A model generated the notes under the pieces. The model worked only from the letters and a program-made list of their open reading frames with translations, did no database searches and was not told the origin of the DNA. Source: Bacilli bacterium (GTDB lineage: Bacteria > Bacillota > Bacilli > Bacillales > Amphibacillaceae). From it: a stretch of 64,000 nucleotides of DNA. Below are positions 30,508 to 38,223 of the stretch, piece after piece. How positions within the stretch are numbered: the first letter of the stretch is position 1; the number at the start of each line of letters is the position of its first letter. The DNA lies in NCBI GenBank assembly GCA_012518125.1, contig JAAYTF010000070.1, forward strand, positions 1,673 through 65,672. Direction: 5' to 3'. The translations under genes were made by a program, and so were the position numbers.

Positions 30508-32163
30508 TTATTCAACCATGACGATAAACGAATATATCGGCTGGTTTCCTTCATGGACTTCGACTTCGACATCCGGAAAAGACATTTCGAAAAATTGTTC
30601 CACTTCGTCCATTTCCTCATCATTTACATCTTCGCCGGCAAAAATGGTGACCATTTCGTCGTCTTCGTCGATCAATTTTTCGACCAACGATTTGAGGGCG
30701 TTTAATTTCGATTTATCGGCAACCAATATTGTTTCATCGTTCAATCCGATAAAATCGTTTTGTTTCACTTCCAAACCGTCCACTTTCGTATCCCTTGTCG
30801 CATACGTGACGAGGCCCGTCTTTACATCTTTGGCCGCTTCCGTCATGTTTTCGACATTCGTTTCTCGATCGTATTCCTCATTGAATTCAAGCAATGCTTG
30901 TATACCTTGCGGGATCGTTTTTGTCGGAATGACGCTCACATCTTTTTCGGTCAATTGTTTCGCTTGGTTTGCCGCCAATAATATGTTTTTATTGTTTGGC
31001 AAAATGATGATGTGCTCGCTTTTTACGGTATCGATCGTCCGCAAAAAGTCTTCCGTGCTTGGATTCATCGTCTGTCCGCCGTCGATGATGAACGTGGCGC
31101 CGATGCTTTTTAACATCTTTTTCAATCCATCGCCCTGAGCGACCGTGATGATTGCATATTTCCCGGCTGAAGCGTCCGCGTCCGCTTCCGCTTCCTTTTC
31201 CGATTCCTTTTCGACGATGAAACGGTGTTGTTCGCGCATGTTTTCGATATCGATGTTGACAAGCTCGCCGTATTGTTGCGCCAAGGTCAACACGACGCCG
31301 GGCTGTTCCGTATGAATATGTATTTTAACGAGCTCATCGCTTGAAGCAACGAGTAACGAATCGCCATATTCACTTAATTGTTGGCGGAACTGCGCTTCAT
31401 CGAAATCGTTCGTGTTCAATTTCACGAAAAATTCGGTGCAGTACCCATATTGGATCGATTCAGCGCTGAGCGCCGTCTGGTGCGCTTTTTCGACTTCTTG
31501 TTCCATCTGCACCGCCACATCGACTTCCAATGGGGCATCGATTTTTTCGCCCTTCAAAGCCGCCAAAAAGCCTTCGTAAATGACGACGAGCCCTTTTCCG
31601 CCGGAATCGACGACACCGACTTCTTTCAAAATCGGCAAAAGCTCGGGTGTCCTTTCCAATGAACGTTTCCCTTCTTTAACAATTTCTTCCATAAACGGAA
31701 TGAATTGATTACTTTTTTTCGCTTCTTCAAGCGCTTTGTTCGCCATATCTTTCGCGACCGTCAAAATGGTCCCTTCTTGCGGATTGGTGACCGATTGATA
31801 GGCGATTTCCACACCTTTTGACAAAGCGTTGGCGAAATCTTTTAAATTGATTTCGTTCGTTTCATATTGAAATTGTGAAAAACCCCGAAACAATTGCGAC
31901 AAGATGACACCGGAGTTGCCTCTTGCGCCCATGAGCAGCCCTTTGCTGAAGGCGTGGACGTAATCCGTCAAAGCATCGCTCGACAACTTGTTCATTTCAT
32001 TCAATCCCGATGACATCGACAAATTCATATTCGTACCCGTATCGCCATCCGGTACGGGAAAAACGTTCAAGTTGTTGATCGCTTCACGCTGCTGGGCAAG
32101 AAAATTCGCGCCCATCGTAACCATATTGACCCATGTCTCTTTATCAATCGTTTGTAAACCCAC
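30508..32163 (-). CDS. yloV: DAK2 (DhaL-like) domain fusion protein YloV
   Basis: ...NVFPVPDGDTGTNM...GARGNSGVILSQ (Dak2/DhaL signature). The C-terminal domain is DegV/EDD-like. I prefer the GTG at 32163, which lies 6 nt after GGGGAGGAAG. The ORF-track start is 32184. Confidence 0.9.
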   Translation of the reverse strand: MGLQTIDKETWVNMVTMGANFLAQQREAINNLNVFPVPDGDTGTNMNLSMSSGLNEMNKLSSDALTDYVHAFSKGLLMGARGNSGVILSQLFRGFSQFQYETNEINLKDFANALSKGVEIAYQSVTNPQEGTILTVAKDMANKALEEAKKSNQFIPFMEEIVKEGKRSLERTPELLPILKEVGVVDSGGKGLVVIYEGFLAALKGEKIDAPLEVDVAVQMEQEVEKAHQTALSAESIQYGYCTEFFVKLNTNDFDEAQFRQQLSEYGDSLLVASSDELVKIHIHTEQPGVVLTLAQQYGELVNIDIENMREQHRFIVEKESEKEAEADADASAGKYAIITVAQGDGLKKMLKSIGATFIIDGGQTMNPSTEDFLRTIDTVKSEHIIILPNNKNILLAANQAKQLTEKDVSVIPTKTIPQGIQALLEFNEEYDRETNVENMTEAAKDVKTGLVTYATRDTKVDGLEVKQNDFIGLNDETILVADKSKLNALKSLVEKLIDEDDEMVTIFAGEDVNDEEMDEVEQFFEMSFPDVEVEVHEGNQPIYSFIVMVE

Positions 32164-32384
32164 GAAAACTTCCTCCCCGAACAAAGAACAATAAGTTGAG
32201 CATAATTTACATACGAAACCATTTTACTTGTTTTTTTGGATAAGTAAAGAAAGTTTAACTTTTATCACTTCTAAACATTATACCATAACAAGTACCATGA
32301 CATTTTTTCCAAATGCATCAATTCGATGCACATGTTACGGTTCATGCATGTCTTTGCGGCAATTTTTCGTTGGCGCATTTTAGA

Positions 32385-32413
32385 TTGCATTAATTTAAAT
32401 CGTATGGTAAATT
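32385..32413 (+). promoter_or_regulatory. Putative sigma-A promoter for rpmB
   Basis: TTGCAT (32385-32390), a 17-nt spacer and an extended -10 TGgTAAATT (32405-32413). Confidence 0.5.
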
Positions 32414-32458
32414 AAATGAGTATGATACTTGGGAAGATGGAAGTAAGGAGGGGTAAAA

Positions 32459-32647
32459 ATGGCAAGAAAATGTGTGATCACCGGACGTAAAACTGGAACA
32501 GGAAACCGCCGCTCCCATGCGATGAACGCGACAAAACGCAAATGGAAAGCCAACTTGCAACGTGTAAGAATCATGGTGGATGGAAAACCGAAGCGCGTCT
32601 ATGTTTCAGCGCGAGCATTAAAATCTGGAAAAATAAAACGTGTGTAA
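32459..32647 (+). CDS. rpmB: 50S ribosomal protein L28
   Basis: [38 protein letters not shown]... An AAGGAGGGG SD is present. Confidence 0.97.
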   Translation: MARKCVITGRKTGTGNRRSHAMNATKRKWKANLQRVRIMVDGKPKRVYVSARALKSGKIKRV

Positions 32648-32656
32648 TAAATAAAA

Positions 32657-32695
32657 GGTTAAGAGTCGTCAATACTCTTAATCTTTTTTATTTTG
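32657..32695 (+). terminator. Intrinsic terminator after rpmB
   Basis: TTAAGAGT (32659-32666) pairs with ACTCTTAA (32674-32681), followed by TCTTTTTTATTTT. Confidence 0.8.
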
Positions 32696-32729
32696 TCAAA
32701 AAAATGACCCCACTAGAAACTAGCGGGGC
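32696..32729 (-). terminator. Intrinsic terminator after spoVM
   Basis: On the minus strand, CCCCGCTAG-TTT-CTAGTGGGG is followed by TCATTTTTTT. Confidence 0.7.
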
Positions 32730-32744
32730 ACCTTTTTTCATCTG

Positions 32745-32825
32745 TCAATCCTTTTTGAACACACCTAATATAATTCGCACGAAACCTCCGATAAAACGTG
32801 GAAGTTTTATCGTATAAAATTTCAT
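32745..32825 (-). CDS. spoVM: Stage V sporulation protein M (26-aa amphipathic spore-coat morphogenetic peptide)
   Basis: Hand translation gives MKFYTIKLPRFIGGFVRIILGVFKKD*, compared with B. subtilis MKFYTIKLPKFLGGIVRAMLGSFRKD. A GGAGGAGG SD lies 5 nt before the ATG at 32825. It is below the 60-aa cutoff of the ORF track. Its position next to rpmB matches B. subtilis. Confidence 0.9.
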   Translation of the reverse strand: MKFYTIKLPRFIGGFVRIILGVFKKD

Positions 32826-32973
32826 CGCAACCTCCTCCGATCCCCAAATAAAGTGACAAACAGCCGGATAAAAACAGTTAATCCATTATATGCGAAAAAT
32901 ACGCGCATTATAACGTATATGTTATCTGGCTGTTCGATTTTCGTTGCGGATCGAAAGAGGTGGTGTTGCTGTT

Positions 32974-33630
32974 TTAGCCGACGGCGCTTTTTCGAATGGC
33001 TTTTAGCGCTTTTTCACGGTCCGGTTTGTTGAAGATGGCGCTACCGGCAACGAGGACGTCCGCACCATTTTCGACGCAAATTTTAGCCGTCTCGACATTG
33101 ATTCCGCCGTCGACTTCAATTTCGTAAGCATAATCGTGGCGTTTGCGCCATTCATCGAGCGTTTTGATTTTCGATATCGTCTCCGGAATGAACGATTGGC
33201 CGCCAAACCCCGGATTCACCGTCATGACAAGCGCCAAATCGATGTACGGCAAAACCGGTTCCATCATCGCGGCCGGAGTTGCCGGGTTGATGGCCACTCC
33301 CGCTTTGACACCGAAACGTTTGATCAAATGAATCGTGCGGTGCAAATGGACCGAAGCTTCTTGATGAACAGTGATGATCGACGCGCCCGCTTTGGCGAAC
33401 GCTTCGATGTACTGATCAGGATTTTCGATCATGAGGTGGACGTCGAGCGGCAAATTCGTCGTCGGCTTGATCGCCTCGACGACTAGCGGACCGATCGTGA
33501 TGTTCGGGACGAAATTTCCATCCATCACATCGACATGGATGTAATCGGCCCCCGCCCGTTCCACTTCATTTATTTCTGCACCCAATTCGGCAAAATTAGC
33601 TGACAAGATCGAAGGAGCAATTTTAATCAT
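32974..33630 (-). CDS. rpe: Ribulose-phosphate 3-epimerase
   Basis: MIKIAPSILSANFAELG...HVDVMDGNFVPN...MTVNPGFGGQ. The ATG at 33630 lies 8 nt after GAGG. Confidence 0.96.
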   Translation of the reverse strand: MIKIAPSILSANFAELGAEINEVERAGADYIHVDVMDGNFVPNITIGPLVVEAIKPTTNLPLDVHLMIENPDQYIEAFAKAGASIITVHQEASVHLHRTIHLIKRFGVKAGVAINPATPAAMMEPVLPYIDLALVMTVNPGFGGQSFIPETISKIKTLDEWRKRHDYAYEIEVDGGINVETAKICVENGADVLVAGSAIFNKPDREKALKAIRKSAVG

Positions 33631-33632
33631 GT

Positions 33633-34529
33633 TCAATACCTCGGCTTTCTCGATAATATTTCATCCAAAAACAAAACATAATGTTCGTATCGTTCTTTGA
33701 AAATTTCACCATTATTCACCGCTTCTTTCACCGCGCATTTCGGTTCTTTGACGTGCTTGCAGCTTCTAAACTTACAGTGTGGTGCATGCTTTCGAATTTC
33801 AATGAAATAATCCCCCAACGATTCCGCTTCGATGTCGGTGAACTCGATTGAACTGAATCCCGGCGTATCGGCGACAAGGCCCCCGTTTACTTCGTGCAAC
33901 TCGACGTGCCGCGTCGTATGGCGGCCGCGGCCAAGACTTTTGGAAATCGGGCTCGTTTCAATGTTGAACGACGGATCGATCTTATTCAAAATGGTCGATT
34001 TCCCGACGCCCGATTGGCCCATGACGACCGTCACGCCCTCTTTTAAAAATTGATAAAGTTTTTCGGGGACTTCCTCGTTTAAGGAAAAGTAGACGACCGG
34101 ATAACCGATCGCTTCGTATTGACGCCTGTACGTTTCCACGTTCTCGATATCTTCGTCGGCCGCCAAATCTTTTTTCGTAAGCACAATCATCGGGGTAATT
34201 TGCTTCGACTCGACGATGACGATAAACCGATCGAGCAATTGCGCACTGAAATCCGGCTCGACAATCGAAGTCACAAGCAACGCTTTCGTCACATTTGCAA
34301 CCGGCGGGCGGACAAATTCGTTTTTGCGCGGCAACACGTCGGTGAGGTACCCTTCTTTCTCATTTATTTTGTCGAACATGACGAAGTCGCCGACAAGCGG
34401 TGTGATGTTTTTGTTGCGAAAAAGACCGCGTCCTTTGCAACTGTACACTTTTTCCTCTTCGTCATCTTTCACGTAGTAAAATCCACTCAACGCTTTTACG
34501 ATTCGACCTTTCGCCAAACAATCCACCAT
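33633..34529 (-). CDS. rsgA: Ribosome small subunit-dependent GTPase A (CpgA/YloQ)
   Basis: ...GRIVKALSGFYYV...TKKDL...GQSGVGKSTILN...DTPGF...CKFRSCKHVKEPKCAV zinc motif. The start is ambiguous between the ATG at 34529 and the TTG at 34517. Confidence 0.94.
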   Translation of the reverse strand: MVDCLAKGRIVKALSGFYYVKDDEEEKVYSCKGRGLFRNKNITPLVGDFVMFDKINEKEGYLTDVLPRKNEFVRPPVANVTKALLVTSIVEPDFSAQLLDRFIVIVESKQITPMIVLTKKDLAADEDIENVETYRRQYEAIGYPVVYFSLNEEVPEKLYQFLKEGVTVVMGQSGVGKSTILNKIDPSFNIETSPISKSLGRGRHTTRHVELHEVNGGLVADTPGFSSIEFTDIEAESLGDYFIEIRKHAPHCKFRSCKHVKEPKCAVKEAVNNGEIFKERYEHYVLFLDEILSRKPRY

Positions 34530-34531
34530 CC

Positions 34532-36499
34532 TTAATATGGAATTCGTTCACGAATGATTTCTCTGCCGTCCCTTATGACACGGTATTCCGCCACCTGGTT
34601 TTCGGCGATGACCAACGTCAACTCATATTGCATGTCCGTATTGATTTTCGTTTCGTAAAACACTTCCGTAATATCATGGTTCATATCTTCCACATAAATT
34701 TGCACGAGCTGTTCGGTTTGTAATTCACCGTCTTCGGTCATTTTCGGATCGAATGGGACCGTAAAATGGACCGTATGTGTACGCGGCGGCTTTGCTTCGC
34801 GCCCTTTGGAAATGGTGACTGTCACTGTCTCGCCTTCGCGAAGCATCGTGTTAGGACCCGGGCTTTGTTTAGTCACCCGCCCTTTTTCCACCGTGTCGGA
34901 ATACGCTTCATTCACTTGTAACTTCAAATTGTTTCGTTCGACATACTCCTTCACTTGGTCAAGTGTCAATCCGACTAAATTTCCGAGCGAGATTTGTTTC
35001 GGGCCAGAGCTTACTTCAAAGATGACGATCGTAGTTTCCGGCACAACTTCATCGCCCGGCTCCGGTTGAATCTGGTTTATGATCATTTCGACCGGTTCAT
35101 CGGAAATGACATCATATTTGCGCACTTCTTTGAACCCTTGATCGAGTAATATTCTTTCGACCTGATTAAAGTTTTTGCCTACATAGTCTTCAAATTCAAC
35201 CCGTTCTTTCCCCGCACTGACAATCACTTTCACCGTCGTTTTTTCCTTCACCGTTTTCCCGGCTTGCGGATTGGTGGCGATGACCATTCCTTCTTCAAAT
35301 TCTTCGGAATGTGCTTCTTCTTTTTCGACGTTCAGATTCAACGCTTCAAGCTCTTTTACCGCTTCTTCATAATCCATGCCGACGACGTCCGGAATGGTGA
35401 CATCTTTCGGTGAACTGAACAAGAACAACAAGAAGAACGCCATAGCGAGCAAAATCAGTGATAAAATGGCGAACAGCCATCGCCGTCTTCTTTTTTTCTT
35501 TTTCTTCTTTCCATCTTCTTCCACGGGCTTCGTTTTCTCGGGCGCTTGATGAACGATCGTCGAATCGTCGTTTGCGTTTACGTTCATCTTTTCCAACGTT
35601 TCATCGGTGATGATCGGGATTGCCTTCGTCGCTTCTCCTTCTTCGACAGGTGGACGATAAACCGGTTCATTCAAATGTTCCGGATCGAGAGCGACCAAAA
35701 TGGCATCTTGCATTTCACTCACAGAACGGAAGCGGTGAAACGGGTTTTTTGCCGTCGCTTTTAAAATGATGTTTTCCACACTTTGCGGAATGGCAGGATT
35801 CAATTTCCGCACGGATGGCGTTTCATCATGTAAATGTTTCAAGGCGATTGAAACAGGCGACTGGCCTGTGAATGGCAATTCTCCAGTGACGAGTTCATAA
35901 AACACGATGCCCAATGAATAAATGTCGGATAATTTCGTCGCTTTTCCGCCGCGGGCTTGTTCCGGCGATAAATAATGGACGGAACCTAATACGGAATTCG
36001 TTTGGGTAAGCGCAGTTGCACTCAATGCGACCGCTATGCCAAAATCGGTCACTTTAATTTTGCCGTTGCGATCGATCAAAATGTTTTGCGGTTTAATATC
36101 GCGGTGGATCAAACCGTTTTCGTGCGCATGTTGGATGGCGCTCGTCAACTGTTCCATGATGTCGATCGTTTCTTCAACCGAAAGCTTGCCATGTTTTTTG
36201 ACGTAATCCTTCAACGTTTCGCCGTCGACATATTCCATGACGATGTAGAAAATATCACCCTCTTCACCGACGTCGTATATCGAAACTATGTTCGGGTGGG
36301 CAAGGCTGGTAGCGGCCAACGCTTCACGATCGAACCGTTCGATGAATTCAGGATCGTTGGCAAATTCAGGGCGCAGCACTTTGATGGCGACGTCCCGTTT
36401 CAAAATGATGTCGTAGCCTAAATAAACGTTAGCCATACCGCCGCCGCCGATCCGGCTTTTGATCCGATATCGTTCATTCAATAATTGTCCGATGATCAT
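34532..36499 (-). CDS. prkC: Ser/Thr protein kinase PrkC with extracellular PASTA repeats
   Basis: The kinase domain carries GGGGMANVY, HRDIKPQN, DFG and SPEQ. A K/R-rich juxtamembrane segment and a single TM follow. Three PASTA-like repeats come next. It overlaps prpC by ATGA. Confidence 0.96.
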   Translation of the reverse strand: MIIGQLLNERYRIKSRIGGGGMANVYLGYDIILKRDVAIKVLRPEFANDPEFIERFDREALAATSLAHPNIVSIYDVGEEGDIFYIVMEYVDGETLKDYVKKHGKLSVEETIDIMEQLTSAIQHAHENGLIHRDIKPQNILIDRNGKIKVTDFGIAVALSATALTQTNSVLGSVHYLSPEQARGGKATKLSDIYSLGIVFYELVTGELPFTGQSPVSIALKHLHDETPSVRKLNPAIPQSVENIILKATAKNPFHRFRSVSEMQDAILVALDPEHLNEPVYRPPVEEGEATKAIPIITDETLEKMNVNANDDSTIVHQAPEKTKPVEEDGKKKKKKRRRRWLFAILSLILLAMAFFLLFLFSSPKDVTIPDVVGMDYEEAVKELEALNLNVEKEEAHSEEFEEGMVIATNPQAGKTVKEKTTVKVIVSAGKERVEFEDYVGKNFNQVERILLDQGFKEVRKYDVISDEPVEMIINQIQPEPGDEVVPETTIVIFEVSSGPKQISLGNLVGLTLDQVKEYVERNNLKLQVNEAYSDTVEKGRVTKQSPGPNTMLREGETVTVTISKGREAKPPRTHTVHFTVPFDPKMTEDGELQTEQLVQIYVEDMNHDITEVFYETKINTDMQYELTLVIAENQVAEYRVIRDGREIIRERIPY

Positions 36500-37245
36500 T
36501 CATGTTCACCTACTTTATTACGTACGATGGCTAACGTAATGTTATCTTCGCCGCCGCGTTCATTCGCTTTTTCGATCAGTCCTTTCAACGTCAGCTCGAC
36601 GTCTGTCATCGTTCGCAAAGCTTCTTCCAATTCGGCGTCATTGATTTTATTCGTTAAGCCATCCGAACATAATAAGATGATGTCATTTTCGTGCCATTCG
36701 ACCGTCTTTACGTCGGGTTGGATGTTTGGTTCGGTTCCTATCGCTTTTAACAAAACATTTTTACGCGGATGCTCCTCCGCGTCAAGTTCGGAAATTTGCC
36801 CCGTGCGTACGAGTTCGTTGACGAGGGAATGGTCGGACGTGATTTGCGTCAATTCATTTTCTTCTTGCCATAAATAACAGCGGCTGTCCCCGACATGTCC
36901 GACGACGACGAAATCGTCTGTCAATAGCGCAAGCACGATCGTCGTCCCCATCCCTTTCAGTCGTTGGTCCGAAAACGCGTGCGCATAAACGTTTTCGTTG
37001 ATCGCTCGGATGATGTCGCTGATCCATTTTTCCGCTTCTTTAACGTCCGCTATTTCAGCTTCGGCTTCCCATTTTTCTTTCACGAAATCGATCGCCATTT
37101 GGCTGGCGATTTCTCCCGCTTGGTGTCCGCCCATCCCATCCGCGACTGCCGCCAACATTTGCTTCGCTTGATTGTAGAAAACGCCGCCGGCATCTTCGTT
37201 TATTTCCCGCACTTTTCCGCAATCGGTCATAAAATAACCTTCCAT
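36496..37245 (-). CDS. prpC: PP2C-family Ser/Thr phosphatase PrpC
   Basis: ...NEDAGGVF...VADGMGGHQAGE...CSDGL...GGEDNITL PP2C motifs. Confidence 0.94.
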   Translation of the reverse strand: MEGYFMTDCGKVREINEDAGGVFYNQAKQMLAAVADGMGGHQAGEIASQMAIDFVKEKWEAEAEIADVKEAEKWISDIIRAINENVYAHAFSDQRLKGMGTTIVLALLTDDFVVVGHVGDSRCYLWQEENELTQITSDHSLVNELVRTGQISELDAEEHPRKNVLLKAIGTEPNIQPDVKTVEWHENDIILLCSDGLTNKINDAELEEALRTMTDVELTLKGLIEKANERGGEDNITLAIVRNKVGEHE

Positions 37246-37270
37246 TTTTTCACCTCATTTTAAAAACCCG

Positions 37271-38209
37271 TTATTCCAGTATATCGCCTAGCGCCACTAA
37301 GTCTTTATTGCCGCGCAAAAATTCGCTCACGGACATGCGTTTTTTGCCCGAAGGCTGGATTTCGACTAAGCGAATGCCTTTTTTATCGCCGCAAACGACG
37401 GTGATCGATGCATCATCGATGGCTGCGATTTCTCCGGGTTCACCGTCGAAAGTCGCATCATCCATTTCTCCCCACCAAATTTTCCAACGTTCACCTTTGT
37501 ATGTAGTGTAGGCAACAGGCCAAGGGTGTAAACCACGAATATGATTGTACACTTCCTCGCTTGATTTCGTCCAATCGATCTTTTCCTGTTCCCGCGTGAT
37601 GTTCGGCGCATACGTCGCCTTCGTTTCATCCTGTTTGATCCGCTCGTTCGTCCCGGCAAAAATCGACGGCAATGTCTTCAACAGTAAATCGGCTCCCAGT
37701 TTCGCCAATTTGTCGTGCAACGTTCCGACATGATCCGACATTTCAATTGGAATCTTTTCCCGGGAAATAATATCACCCGCGTCCAATTTTTCTTCCATGT
37801 ACATGATCGTGATGCCGGTCTCTTTTTTGCCTTCTAAGATGGCGTAGTGGATCGGAGCACCGCCGCGCAGCTCCGGCAATAAAGATGCATGCACGTTTAT
37901 GCAGCCGAATTTCGGCAAATCGAGCAACGGTTTGGGCAATAGTTGGCCGTAGGCGGCGGTGATGATGATATCCGGTTTATACTTCAATATTTCTTCGTAT
38001 TCATCTTTCAACTTTTCCGGTTGAAACACGGGGATGCCGTGTTTTAATGCCGCCTTTTTCACCGGCGGGGCGGTCAACACCCGTTTCCTGCCGACAGGAC
38101 GGTCCGGCTGCGTGACGACTAAAACGACGTTTACGATATCCGAATGAATCAACGCTTCCAAAATGGGGACAGCAAAATCAGGTGTACCCATAAATACGGC
38201 TTTTTTCAT
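37271..38209 (-). CDS. fmt: Methionyl-tRNA formyltransferase
   Basis: MKKAVFMGTPDFAVP...INVHASLLPELRGGAPIH. An alternative GTG lies at 38212. Confidence 0.96.
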   Translation of the reverse strand: MKKAVFMGTPDFAVPILEALIHSDIVNVVLVVTQPDRPVGRKRVLTAPPVKKAALKHGIPVFQPEKLKDEYEEILKYKPDIIITAAYGQLLPKPLLDLPKFGCINVHASLLPELRGGAPIHYAILEGKKETGITIMYMEEKLDAGDIISREKIPIEMSDHVGTLHDKLAKLGADLLLKTLPSIFAGTNERIKQDETKATYAPNITREQEKIDWTKSSEEVYNHIRGLHPWPVAYTTYKGERWKIWWGEMDDATFDGEPGEIAAIDDASITVVCGDKKGIRLVEIQPSGKKRMSVSEFLRGNKDLVALGDILE

Positions 38210-38223
38210 CACGATGATCCTCT

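Noticed and set aside
30389-31138. A 249-aa + strand ORF overlapping the recG start and yloV.
   Set aside because: It is antisense to the well-supported yloV gene and crosses the yloV terminator. The S/F/T-rich translation has no recognisable motif and no SD.
32297-32383. A 28-codon + strand ORF (MTFFPNASIRCTCYGSCMSLRQFFVGAF) in the yloV-rpmB divergent promoter region.
   Set aside because: It has no SD, and it overlaps the rpmB -35 region. Nothing distinguishes it from chance.
32542-32817. A 91-aa + strand ORF overlapping the rpmB 3' end.
   Set aside because: It is out of frame with rpmB. It runs through two intrinsic terminators and is antisense to spoVM. It has no SD.
35470-35510. A run of A/T-rich repeats encoding KKKKKKRRRR inside prkC, considered as a possible slippery or frameshift site or a low-complexity insertion.
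   Set aside because: It is the normal basic juxtamembrane segment preceding the single TM helix of PrkC-type kinases. The reading frame stays intact on both sides.
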